Virus record (IMG/VR): IMGVR_UViG_3300036791_000029
Span: 1 to 52,133 of that record
Strand: one strand, 5' to 3'
Source: a virus
Taxonomy: Duplodnaviria; Caudoviricetes
Length of the DNA stretch: 52,133 nucleotides
The translations under genes and the position numbers were made by a program. Positions 16,777 to 26,593 of this stretch are shown piece by piece; positions within the stretch are counted from its first letter, which is position 1, and each line of letters begins with the position of its first letter. Below the pieces are notes generated by a model. The model worked only from the letters and a program-made list of their open reading frames with translations, was not told the origin of the DNA and made no database searches.

Positions 16777-17515
16777 TGTAACACTACTGCATGCTACGCC
16801 AGAAGCCATCGAACTACTGATCTTCACCAAGAATACTAGGCTCAATATGGGCCCAAAAGGAATGGATGAGATATGCTCCTGGCCCATGGAGCGCAAGATG
16901 GAAGAACTCAGATATATGTCTACAACTATTCCTAGCAGTTGGGAGTTCGTTGATCTGATCTTTTGTATTGAGGGAGTATCAAGAGCATTTACTCATCAAT
17001 TAGTAAGAACAAGAACAGCAAGCTATGCGCAACAAGCTATGCGTATAGTTGATATGACTGGATTTGATTATCATGTTGGCCCTTCAATTAAAGGTAATCA
17101 TAAAGCAGAAGCGCGATATGAAGATGCTATGCACGATATTTCGGACACGTATCGTGAACTAATTGAGATGGGCGTCAAACCTGAAGATGCTCGTGGAGTA
17201 TTGCCCACAGATATACTCACCAATATTTGTATGAAGATTAACTTGCGTAATTTTTCTGATCTTGTCAAGAAACGTATGACACCACGAGTGCAAGATGAAT
17301 ATGCTGAAGTATTGACGCAAATGATTACTGTTGTTCTTATAGAATGGCCTTGGTCAGCACTATTCATTATGCCCCGTAATGTAGATGCTCATAAAAAACT
17401 AGCAGCATATCTCAAAGAACAACTAGACAAAGAGGTCAAATCAACAGGTAAATCCCAGAACGAAACAGAAGCTTGGGCAGCAATGAAGTATCTCGACATA
17501 CTGCGCCAGGAGTAA
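16769..17515 (+). CDS. thyX: Divergent flavin-dependent thymidylate synthase (ThyX) homolog
   Basis: FCIEGVSRAFTHQLVRTRTASYAQQAMR, EDARGVLP, NLRN..R..Q.E; RHR is RTR and the motif Ser is Ala. Confidence 0.85.
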   Translation: MPNVTLLHATPEAIELLIFTKNTRLNMGPKGMDEICSWPMERKMEELRYMSTTIPSSWEFVDLIFCIEGVSRAFTHQLVRTRTASYAQQAMRIVDMTGFDYHVGPSIKGNHKAEARYEDAMHDISDTYRELIEMGVKPEDARGVLPTDILTNICMKINLRNFSDLVKKRMTPRVQDEYAEVLTQMITVVLIEWPWSALFIMPRNVDAHKKLAAYLKEQLDKEVKSTGKSQNETEAWAAMKYLDILRQE

Positions 17516-17518
17516 TAA

Positions 17519-17836
17519 ATGTCAGACGAAACAATACGTCGAATGGCAGAAAACATCACTAAGACTTTAGCCAATGAAGGTAAACTACTAGAAGCAGGTT
17601 GGCAAACATATCGTTTGTTATGCTTGAAGAAAGGATTTCATGACCCTGCGGATGATTTACATGAAGCATTTGTTGCTGGAGCCGAACATCTATTTTCATC
17701 AATAATGAATATGCTTGATCCTGGACTAGAGGAAACTGATGGTGATATGCAACGAATGAATAATATTGCTAATGAAATAGAACCAATTAGAAAAATGTTA
17801 CAGCTTAAGTATGGTTTAGCAAAAGGGAGAGCGTGA
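17519..17836 (+). CDS. Hypothetical protein
   Basis: 105-aa ORF; RBS supplied by an octamer copy. Confidence 0.7.
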   Translation: MSDETIRRMAENITKTLANEGKLLEAGWQTYRLLCLKKGFHDPADDLHEAFVAGAEHLFSSIMNMLDPGLEETDGDMQRMNNIANEIEPIRKMLQLKYGLAKGRA

Positions 17837-18234
17837 TGCTCACAGATACAGATACCAATGGTTTTGTGATTACTGTAGATACATACTACAAGATGGGAGT
17901 AATGATCGAACAACTAGTAGCACAATGTCATGGAGCAGCAAGAGCAAATCATTGGTGGGATAAGGAACGCAATGTAGGAGAACTATTGTGCCTTATACAT
18001 AGTGAGATCAGTGAAGCAATGGAAGGGCATCGTAAAGATGCTAATGATGAACATATAAAGCTACAGAAATCAATTACAGTAGAATTGGCTGATGCTCTCA
18101 TACGCATATTTGATTTGGCAGGAGGATTGCGACTTAATTTGGGAACTTGTTTCGCAGAGAAATTCTATTACAATCAAGTAAGAGCAGATCATAAGATTGA
18201 ACACCGTATGGCGCCAGGAGGGAAGAAATACTGA
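17833..18234 (+). CDS. MazG-like nucleotide pyrophosphohydrolase
   Basis: LIHSEISEAME...ELADALIRIFD (ExxE...ExxD). Confidence 0.8.
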   Translation: MMLTDTDTNGFVITVDTYYKMGVMIEQLVAQCHGAARANHWWDKERNVGELLCLIHSEISEAMEGHRKDANDEHIKLQKSITVELADALIRIFDLAGGLRLNLGTCFAEKFYYNQVRADHKIEHRMAPGGKKY

Positions 18235-18524
18235 TGAGACCCAGCGAACAACTAGCACAACTAGCAAATCTATATGAAGAAAGAAACAAACAGTATGGAG
18301 ACAGTTACAAGGAAGCAGGAGCAGTATTAGGATCATTGTTTCCTAAAGGTGTCAACCTATCTGAGCATATTGACTTCAATAGGTTCTGTATTATAGTTCA
18401 TATGATAACAAAGCTATCCCGATACTGTAATAACTTTGAACATCCTAATCACGATGACCATCTCAAAGACATAGCTGTTTATGCAACTATGTTACTTGAA
18501 CTTGATGGAGTAAAAGAACAATGA
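18234..18524 (+). CDS. Nucleotide-modification-associated all-alpha protein (DUF1599/DUF6378-like)
   Basis: ERNKQYGDS...KLSR...DHLKDIAVYA pattern. Confidence 0.6.
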   Translation: MRPSEQLAQLANLYEERNKQYGDSYKEAGAVLGSLFPKGVNLSEHIDFNRFCIIVHMITKLSRYCNNFEHPNHDDHLKDIAVYATMLLELDGVKEQ

Positions 18525-19069
18525 TCATCTTCATGGATACAGAAACAACCTCACTCCTGGCGATCGAAGCTGCAGACCTTGCACACCAGCCTCACATCAT
18601 TGAGATTGCTTGCGTAAAGACTGATTATGATTTTAACATTACTGACATATATACTACATTAATTAAACCACCAATACGAATACCATTAGAGGTAATTAAC
18701 ATTCATGGTATTACTGATGAAGAGGTATCTGGCCAGAAGCCATTTGCTGGATACTATAGACAACTCTCTTCATTCTTTATTGGAGTAACACATCTCATAG
18801 GACACAATCTTCAATTTGATAAACGAATGTTAGAGAATGAATTGAAACGTATTAACAGAGTAACAAATTTTCCCTGGCCTCCCAAAAACATTTGTACTGT
18901 TGAAGAAATAATGAAGATCAAAGGGCATCGTATGTCTCTTAGTGATCTCCATTTTGAGTTGTTTGGTCAAGGATTTGAGGAAGCACATAGAGCAGAATCA
19001 GACACAATGGCATTAGTTAGTGTTTACAAAACTATGATCTATAGGAAAATGGTGGAGTTCAAACAATGA
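18521..19069 (+). CDS. DEDDh 3'-5' exonuclease (Pol III epsilon-like)
   Basis: MDTETT, GHNLQFD, AHRAESD. Confidence 0.9.
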   Translation: MIIFMDTETTSLLAIEAADLAHQPHIIEIACVKTDYDFNITDIYTTLIKPPIRIPLEVINIHGITDEEVSGQKPFAGYYRQLSSFFIGVTHLIGHNLQFDKRMLENELKRINRVTNFPWPPKNICTVEEIMKIKGHRMSLSDLHFELFGQGFEEAHRAESDTMALVSVYKTMIYRKMVEFKQ

Positions 19070-19407
19070 AAGCACCTACAACTATGGCAGAATTAGCACA
19101 GCACCGCCAAGAGCGTTATGAACATCGTAGGAGAGCAAGAATATTAGGTATGGCAATAGATCAAACTATACAAGGACTCAAAAACATAGCGGTGTATTCC
19201 AATCCCAAATTTTGGGAAGTAGATGATGAAGGATTAATGGATGTACAGAAATGGAAATCTATTCAATCTGATGCTGAAATAATATTAAATGATACAATAA
19301 GACTTGAGGAAAAATTGAGAACAATGGCTGACATCTATGCAAGTATGATGCCAACAAATAAAGAACTGGACATGTATCGTGATTACACAATTACAGATAA
19401 GGACTGA
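19066..19407 (+). CDS. Hypothetical protein
   Basis: 113-aa ORF, ATGA overlap. Confidence 0.65.
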   Translation: MKAPTTMAELAQHRQERYEHRRRARILGMAIDQTIQGLKNIAVYSNPKFWEVDDEGLMDVQKWKSIQSDAEIILNDTIRLEEKLRTMADIYASMMPTNKELDMYRDYTITDKD

Positions 19408-22282
19408 GTTTTCATTTGGGTGGGCATATGGGCCCATTCCCAAGGTCATAAGTAGACTACAAGAATTAGAATGTCAATCCGCCGCCATTACAGATCGCAA
19501 CTCTACCTTTGGTCATGTTCAATGGAGCAAGCAGTGTAAGACTGCGGGCATTAAGCCTCTATTTGGAATTGAGCTAGCTTTTGTTAAAGATGTCAACATT
19601 AGAGAACGTCGCCAAAACATATTTTGGATACCATTAATTGCAAGAACTAATGCAGGTCTCAAAGAGATATACTCTGCTGTTGAGGAAGCATCACGCAACT
19701 TTTACTTTGTTCCTAGATTACCCTTCATTAGACTTAATGGCTTCAGTAAAGACATCATAATTCTCAGCGGTAGTTCAGGACTAGGAGATGGACCTAGGCT
19801 CGGGTCACGTGTATTCCGGTCGGGTCATCCATCTACTAGGAGCTCAATTCTAGATGGAAAGGTTGTTGCTATATCTGATAATTATATGATTACTGCTAAT
19901 GATCGCTCCGCATATGAAATACTAGCTAGGAAATTCCGCAATGATCGACCATCCCCTATGTACATTATGGATGAATGGGGATTGCGTAACGAGATGGATA
20001 TTGCTGATGGAGCCTTTCTCCTGGCGGACAGGCTCGCAGAAGAATGTAATGCTACTATACAAACAGCAACCAATATCAAATATCAATCGGATAAATCATT
20101 ACGAGACATGTGCATATTGGGCGCCAGGAGCCGTGGTCTAGAATTAAACCAAATATACAATGATCGACTAGACTATGAACTCAAGCTCATCAATGATAAA
20201 GGATATGATGATTACTTCTATGTCATAACAGATATGGTGCGCTATGCTAAAGCTAACATGCTCGTTGGACCTGCTCGCGGAAGTAGCTGTGGTTCTCTTG
20301 TTTGTTATTTATTGGGTATTACTGATATTGATCCTCTCCCGCATGGTCTTATTTTTGAAAGATTTATTGATGTTACTCGTTATGACTTGCCCGACATAGA
20401 CATTGACTTTCAAGACAATAAGAGAGAAATGGTATTTGAGTATATCCAAGCCAAATATGGCCAGGAGAATGTGGCTAGACTTGGTACAGTTCTAAGATAC
20501 AAACCTAAATCCGCTATTGGAGAAACAGCGAAAGCACTAAAGATACCTGATGAAGATACTATAGCACTCAAAGACTCAATGCTCAAGAGATCAAGTGGAG
20601 ACTCAAGAGCAGGACTATGTATTCTTGATACGTTCAAAGAATTAGAAATTGGACAAAGATTTATTGAACAATATCCTGCTATGGTAATAGCTGGAGAAAT
20701 AGAGAATCATGCTCATACTACTGGAAAGCATGCAGCAGGCGTCATTATAACCAATGAGCCTCTCATCAATTATGTAGCCAAGGATGTCAGAACAAATACT
20801 GTTCACATTGATAAATATGATGCTGAGTTGATCAACCTAATGAAGATAGATGCATTAGGTCTCAAGACACTTACCATTATCAGCGATTGTCTAGATGCTA
20901 TTGGTTGGACATACGATCAATTGCTCAAGCATCCATTAGATGATGACAAAGCCTTTGAAGTATTGCGCAAGTTCCAGTTCTGTGGTATATTTCAGTTTGA
21001 AGGTCAAGCGTTACAAACTCTGGCCAGGAGACTAACTGTAGATCGTTTTGACGACATAGCTTGTCTAACAGCATTAGCTAGACCAGGACCATTTGCTTCT
21101 GGCGCCAGTGCCGAGTGGGTCCAATGTCGTATGGGCAAGAAACAAATTGAATACATTCATCCATCTATGGAACGTTATACCAAAGATACATATGGCGTCA
21201 TAGTCTATCAAGAACAAGTTATGAATTGTGTTCGCGAGATTGGCTTGCTATCATGGGAAGATACCTCAACATTACGCAAGGCTATGTCCAAGTCTTTTGG
21301 CATTGAATACTTTGATCGTTTCTGGCAACGGTTCAGGGAAGGTGCCATGTCACAAGGCATTGATGAGACCACGGCCAGGAGGATATGGGATAGTGTCAAT
21401 AAGATGGGGTCGTGGGCATTCAATAAGAGTCATGCAGTTGCTTACGGTATGCTGTCATATTTCTGCTGCGTATTGAAGGCTCATCATCCTATTGAGTTTG
21501 CTCTAGCCAATATTCGTAACACTAATTTTGAGGATAGCATTAAACGTTACTTGCGTGAACTTGATCGTGCTGGTTATACCTTCAAACCATATGATTTAGA
21601 CCATAGCAAAGTTACTTGGAGCTATGAAGATGGAGCATTTCTAGGAGGTCTCACAAACATTAAAGGTATTGGATTACGCAAAGCCAATGATATACTCCTG
21701 GCGCGCCGTGCTGGAGCACAATATAAATGGCCAAAGGAAATAACAACTCCATTTGATAACATATTTGAAGGCAGAGAACGTTTTGGTGAAGTAATTTTGA
21801 ATCCAAAGAAGTATAACATCATTCATATACCTCGCAGAGACTTAATTGATTTGCCTGATGACTATGAAGGTCCAATAACACTAATGGCAAAGATAGTGCA
21901 TCGAAACGAAAGGTCACTCAATGAAACTATGTTCTTAGTGCAACGAAACAATGTAATGGTTCCGATGGACACGTGGCTCAATCTATTGATTGAAGATGAT
22001 ACTGCAACTGCTTACGCGACAATATCAAGATTCAAATATCCATCATTGGGACTACAATTGATTAACGATTACAGCATTGGTGATTGGTTTATATTTGGTG
22101 GTATGGCACGCAATGGACGCAGAGTTTATGTTGATAGATTTAGGTTTCTAGGAGAGGGAACAAGAACACAAACAGAGAAATCTAACATGGGAACAAGATT
22201 GAATTATACAAGAAACAAGGCACAAGAGAATCATGCAATAGGGTCCGTCGGCTCTCCCGCGCGCGCGCTCGCGGCGGAGTAA
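19379..22282 (+). CDS. dnaE: DNA polymerase III alpha subunit-like (family C) polymerase
   Basis: PHP-like N-terminus (AITDRN), GPARGSSCGSLV, LPDIDIDF, GKHAAGV, KIDALGL, YQEQ, FNKSHAVAY, HhH IKGIG, OB fold. Confidence 0.95.
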   Translation: MITQLQIRTEFSFGWAYGPIPKVISRLQELECQSAAITDRNSTFGHVQWSKQCKTAGIKPLFGIELAFVKDVNIRERRQNIFWIPLIARTNAGLKEIYSAVEEASRNFYFVPRLPFIRLNGFSKDIIILSGSSGLGDGPRLGSRVFRSGHPSTRSSILDGKVVAISDNYMITANDRSAYEILARKFRNDRPSPMYIMDEWGLRNEMDIADGAFLLADRLAEECNATIQTATNIKYQSDKSLRDMCILGARSRGLELNQIYNDRLDYELKLINDKGYDDYFYVITDMVRYAKANMLVGPARGSSCGSLVCYLLGITDIDPLPHGLIFERFIDVTRYDLPDIDIDFQDNKREMVFEYIQAKYGQENVARLGTVLRYKPKSAIGETAKALKIPDEDTIALKDSMLKRSSGDSRAGLCILDTFKELEIGQRFIEQYPAMVIAGEIENHAHTTGKHAAGVIITNEPLINYVAKDVRTNTVHIDKYDAELINLMKIDALGLKTLTIISDCLDAIGWTYDQLLKHPLDDDKAFEVLRKFQFCGIFQFEGQALQTLARRLTVDRFDDIACLTALARPGPFASGASAEWVQCRMGKKQIEYIHPSMERYTKDTYGVIVYQEQVMNCVREIGLLSWEDTSTLRKAMSKSFGIEYFDRFWQRFREGAMSQGIDETTARRIWDSVNKMGSWAFNKSHAVAYGMLSYFCCVLKAHHPIEFALANIRNTNFEDSIKRYLRELDRAGYTFKPYDLDHSKVTWSYEDGAFLGGLTNIKGIGLRKANDILLARRAGAQYKWPKEITTPFDNIFEGRERFGEVILNPKKYNIIHIPRRDLIDLPDDYEGPITLMAKIVHRNERSLNETMFLVQRNNVMVPMDTWLNLLIEDDTATAYATISRFKYPSLGLQLINDYSIGDWFIFGGMARNGRRVYVDRFRFLGEGTRTQTEKSNMGTRLNYTRNKAQENHAIGSVGSPARALAAE

Positions 22283-22419
22283 ACATAGGCTTTCCCGCTC
22301 TTTCTACAGGTGCTAGGCGGCGCGTATAGGGGTAGTCGGTAGGGGAGTAGCGGGGTATAAATTACCGCTCTAGAAAGGCTTCTAAATCGAAAGTAGTAAC
22401 GGAAACGAGAGGCAATAGA

Positions 22420-23889
22420 ATGGACAGCATCAATGATCTAGTAATGTATACTGATCCCTATGATCATCAATTGGAGGCTCTACAACTAGCATGGGGTAAG
22501 ATAGGCTTCGCACTATTTCTAGAAATGGGAACTGGGAAGAGCAAAATAATTGTAGATGAAATAGTAAATCTGATTGAAAGAGATTTGATCAACTGTGCTA
22601 TCATCATAGCTCCAAACAATGTACATGTGAATTGGAAATCAGAATTTATAAAGCATGCCCCTCCAAATTATGATAAATGGGCGATACAAATATGGCGCTC
22701 TGGAGGTTCACTTGAAAAGAAAGAGGCAGAAACAAGATCAATACTAGCAACGAACAAAGTTCTAATATTCCTTATGAATATTGAAGCTTTATCAGTTGGT
22801 GGTGGCAAGGACTATGTGAAGCGAATACTCCTGGCGCGGCGCATGACCTATATGGCAGTAGACGAAAGCCACAAGATTAAAAATCCTACTGCTCAAAGAA
22901 CAAAAGCAATAATGGAACTAGGAGCATATGCAAAGATCAGACGGATTGCTACAGGGACAGAAGCAGAGGAAGGTCTTGAGGGTCTATACTCACAATTCAA
23001 ATTTCTTAATGAGAACATTATTGGATTACGTTCCTATACAGCATTCAAGAATATGTTTTGTATAGAAGATAGGAGACAAGTTGCGAGTGGTCAAATCTTC
23101 AAACAAATAGTTGGCTATCGTAATGAAGAATTGTTAGCTTCTAGGATCGCTCCATTTGCCTACCAGAAGCGCAAGAAGGATTGTCTAGACTTACCTGACA
23201 AAGTTTATGTCACTCATGAAATAGCTATGACCAAGGAACAAGAGCATATCTACAATAAGCTACAACAAGAGCTATTGTATGAACTAAAGACTGGTGAACT
23301 TGTAGATGCGACTATGGCAATAACAAAGATGATGCGATTGCAGCAAGTATTGTGCGGTCATGTGAATACATCCGATGATCCTAGAGCCACAGAGATCATA
23401 CCATCTCATAGAGCTGATTTTGTTTCAGAATTAGTTGAAGATGCTTCTGGTAAAGTAATCATATTCTGTCGCTTTATAATGGATGTAAACCTTATAGTTT
23501 CAGAACTAGCTAACGCGAACATCCGGGCAATAGGCGTCTCATCTGGAAGCGATGGGCCTAATAGGTTCTTGAATATAGACAAATGGCGCCAGGAGAAAGA
23601 TTGTAAAGCATTAGTAATCACAGTTGCTTCTGGCGGGACTGGGCTTACATTGAATGAAGCCTCAACCACAATATTCTATAGCAATACATGGTCATCAACA
23701 GATCGTATACAGGCTGAGGATCGCAATCATAGAATTGGCCAGGAGAATAAAGTGACATATCACGACATAATCGTGCCCAAAACAATAGATCATCGTTTGT
23801 TAAATGAATTGAAGAATAAACAGACCAAGTCACAATGGTTCCGTAGTCTAACAGATATACAAAGGTTCTTGACTGATCCTATTCAATAA
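22420..23889 (+). CDS. SNF2-family helicase
   Basis: EMGTGKS, VDESH, GGTGLTL, QAEDRNHRIGQ. Confidence 0.93.
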   Translation: MDSINDLVMYTDPYDHQLEALQLAWGKIGFALFLEMGTGKSKIIVDEIVNLIERDLINCAIIIAPNNVHVNWKSEFIKHAPPNYDKWAIQIWRSGGSLEKKEAETRSILATNKVLIFLMNIEALSVGGGKDYVKRILLARRMTYMAVDESHKIKNPTAQRTKAIMELGAYAKIRRIATGTEAEEGLEGLYSQFKFLNENIIGLRSYTAFKNMFCIEDRRQVASGQIFKQIVGYRNEELLASRIAPFAYQKRKKDCLDLPDKVYVTHEIAMTKEQEHIYNKLQQELLYELKTGELVDATMAITKMMRLQQVLCGHVNTSDDPRATEIIPSHRADFVSELVEDASGKVIIFCRFIMDVNLIVSELANANIRAIGVSSGSDGPNRFLNIDKWRQEKDCKALVITVASGGTGLTLNEASTTIFYSNTWSSTDRIQAEDRNHRIGQENKVTYHDIIVPKTIDHRLLNELKNKQTKSQWFRSLTDIQRFLTDPIQ

Positions 23890-24244
23890 CATAATATTGA
23901 TCACCATCATTAGCAGCAGAGCCTTTGCCATCACGAAACCATATTGTTCTTATGGAGACTGGATTGCCTATCCATTGATCATACACAATTAGACCTTCAG
24001 GCGTTTGGCCTAAATATACAGCACAATGACTAGCGCCATCTGTTCTATTCTCATATACACCATCTTTAGAGAATGTAGCTATGCATGTGCCTTTAGGTAT
24101 GCTGGTATTGTCTTTAACCTTTGCGCCTCGTTTCCATGAAACAGTAATAGGTAAATCTCCTGCTTCTTGCAAGAAACGAACACAATGACCATTATCTATT
24201 ATTTGATCTTCATGTTCTTCAACATTATCCACTATGTAGCTCAT
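23879..24244 (-). CDS. BPSL0067/Tae2-like Cys-His peptidoglycan hydrolase; probable endolysin
   Basis: GHCVRF...WKRG...KGTCIATF...SHCAVYLGQ...YDQW; last gene of late operon. Confidence 0.7.
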   Translation of the reverse strand: MSYIVDNVEEHEDQIIDNGHCVRFLQEAGDLPITVSWKRGAKVKDNTSIPKGTCIATFSKDGVYENRTDGASHCAVYLGQTPEGLIVYDQWIGNPVSIRTIWFRDGKGSAANDGDQYYVIE

Positions 24245-26367
24245 TCTACTGGCCCCGCTATTGCTCTGTTGCCGTCCATCTCTACACCATTCTCTGTTGC
24301 TGTAAGGATGGCATCCATTAGCCTAGTCAATGACTCTTCATTCTCTGTACAACCAGCTTGCCAAGCTATACTCATACCAGCACTCATATGAGTAAAGTAA
24401 TCAATTTCACCAGCACTAGGAACTGGGACCTGATCACTATATGGCCCCATAGTTCCAGTATTGCCATCCCAGCAAGCGCCCCATGAGGAATAGGCTGGTT
24501 GATTTTCAGCCGGAGCTACCTTTATGAAGTATGGTGCTGGAACGCTGAGCGACCACCCACTATTAGGATCAAGTCTAGCCATTGTTTGTTTGGCGTGCCA
24601 GTGTACAACTTCATCCCATTTAGTGCCAGGATGTAGTAATGATATCCAAGCTAATCCGCCATGAGCAATATCCTCTTGGTATCCTTGTATACTCGTTTCT
24701 GTGCCATCATCGCCGACAGCATAACTAGATGATACTAGATTCAATATTGCTCGATGATTACCAGTATTACCAACAGTTTCTTTGTAGAAGAATTTCTCAA
24801 CCCAATCATTGATTGCTTGTATATAAATGCTCCTAGGCAATAACCAAGATGGTGGGTCCTCTGGCGATACTTTAGCGCATGCTGCTAATGTTCTTGCTGA
24901 CCAGCCGCAAGCCCGAGGTTGAGCAACTCCATAAGAACGAACAGGCGCAGATGGGTTCTCCATAATGATAAATGAGACTTGTCGTTGTAGGTTCTCTAAA
25001 TGATATGGGTCTCCAGTAAGCAAAAATGGCAAATAAGAACAAGCAGGCATATGGGCAGTATCAAGTGTGATGCCGCTACCTGGAGTGTATGTGCCTTCAG
25101 TAATAGCGGCAACAACCTCTATCATAGTATTGCCGTTATTATCAAGTACAGTTGCATCGCCATATGCAGGTTCATTACTACCCAATAATTCAAATGTAGA
25201 GGTAACGGACCCATCAGCACCAATAGTCAAATCAACAGGAATGCGATACTGCTGATTGTTTCTATCCATTAAATAATTCCATGCTGGTGGAGAACCATCA
25301 GGAGACAATACTGTATTAGGAGGTCCAAAAATTGTTGCTTGAACATATGAGGCGCCAGGAGCATAAGTAATGAATGGATTACCTGCTGATGAACTATATT
25401 GTGTTGCTTGTGGATATTGACTAAGCGGATCAATCACAGCATTAGTATCTTTGTCACAGAAATCCCAAGTAAAGGTTCCTGCGGCTTCGCCTTGAGCTAA
25501 TACTGTGGCCAATGATTGTTCATCATCCTCATGACAAACATACCATCCTTGCCAACTAGTAAGATGGCCAATATCTCCACGCCCACCAGTTTGTGGCATG
25601 TAACCAGTAAAGCCAGCTAGACCCATAGGTGTATAGGTCTGATATCCATAATTGATTACATGACCTCGTGGCAATATTGGATTATAACGAGGCAATAGTT
25701 TCTTGTCATATAGTTCAGACATCTTGCGAATAGGCAATGGCCAATCTCCAGAAAGCCATCGTGTACGTTGATAAGCAGAATGTGATGGCACAGTCAATAA
25801 TTCTGGTTTACTTAATTCATCACCACTAATAGTTGCAGTATATTCTGGCAGATTGACATGATTTGTATTTTGCCAGAAACCTTGGCCAAATACTACACTA
25901 GTGCGTCCTTCCATACGCCTAAAGTCACAGCGTATTGGACAATCATCTCTTGTTACTCTAGTGCATCGTTCACTAAATCTACCATCTGGGTCTTGATATA
26001 TTCCAATATCAATACCATCAACCTCATTATAAACATATTGCTGACCACTCAACATTACTAATACTTGTAGTGTACCTGTTGGTGGAGGCTCTACAGGCTC
26101 AGGAGGAACTTCAATATCAGGTGGTTGCTCTGGTGGAATAACAATAGGATGCTCAGGTTGAGCATCTACTGGCGGCTGTTCAATTGGTGGTTGCTCTGGT
26201 GGAATAACAATAGGATGTTCTGGTTGAGCGTCTATTGGTGGTCTCTCTTGGCCAGGAGGTTTGCCGCCTTGCCCTGGCGGAGTTCCACCGTGACCTGGTG
26301 GTGTTCCTGGTGGCTTACGTTCACTCATAACAATCTCCACTGTTACTTTGATCGACTCAATATTCAT
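24241..26367 (-). CDS. Large late protein with Pro-rich N-terminus; possible polysaccharide-active alpha/alpha-barrel enzyme
   Basis: DAQPEHPIVIPPEQPP x2; MPQTGGRGDIG, AHMP..YLPFLLTGDPYHLENLQ, QPRACGWSAR. Confidence 0.55.
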   Translation of the reverse strand: MNIESIKVTVEIVMSERKPPGTPPGHGGTPPGQGGKPPGQERPPIDAQPEHPIVIPPEQPPIEQPPVDAQPEHPIVIPPEQPPDIEVPPEPVEPPPTGTLQVLVMLSGQQYVYNEVDGIDIGIYQDPDGRFSERCTRVTRDDCPIRCDFRRMEGRTSVVFGQGFWQNTNHVNLPEYTATISGDELSKPELLTVPSHSAYQRTRWLSGDWPLPIRKMSELYDKKLLPRYNPILPRGHVINYGYQTYTPMGLAGFTGYMPQTGGRGDIGHLTSWQGWYVCHEDDEQSLATVLAQGEAAGTFTWDFCDKDTNAVIDPLSQYPQATQYSSSAGNPFITYAPGASYVQATIFGPPNTVLSPDGSPPAWNYLMDRNNQQYRIPVDLTIGADGSVTSTFELLGSNEPAYGDATVLDNNGNTMIEVVAAITEGTYTPGSGITLDTAHMPACSYLPFLLTGDPYHLENLQRQVSFIIMENPSAPVRSYGVAQPRACGWSARTLAACAKVSPEDPPSWLLPRSIYIQAINDWVEKFFYKETVGNTGNHRAILNLVSSSYAVGDDGTETSIQGYQEDIAHGGLAWISLLHPGTKWDEVVHWHAKQTMARLDPNSGWSLSVPAPYFIKVAPAENQPAYSSWGACWDGNTGTMGPYSDQVPVPSAGEIDYFTHMSAGMSIAWQAGCTENEESLTRLMDAILTATENGVEMDGNRAIAGPVE

Positions 26368-26582
26368 GTCGCTCCTGGCGGCTTACGTGCTGCTATTAGC
26401 ACAGCAATAGCAGTAATCAATTCCAAGGTTACTTGTCCTATATTAGTTGGTCTTGTACATAATGTTTCTACTTTCAATACACATCCTGCAAATATCATTA
26501 GATTGGTTAATGCAATTAGACATATCAATCCGGCAATAAGTAAGAATGCGCCTCTGAGCGGATCGAATGGCTCCTTGTTCAT
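26364..26582 (-). CDS. Small membrane protein, holin candidate
   Basis: Two hydrophobic segments and a basic C-terminus; near the endolysin. Confidence 0.45.
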   Translation of the reverse strand: MNKEPFDPLRGAFLLIAGLICLIALTNLMIFAGCVLKVETLCTRPTNIGQVTLELITAIAVLIAARKPPGAT

Positions 26583-26593
26583 TTACCATTGCC

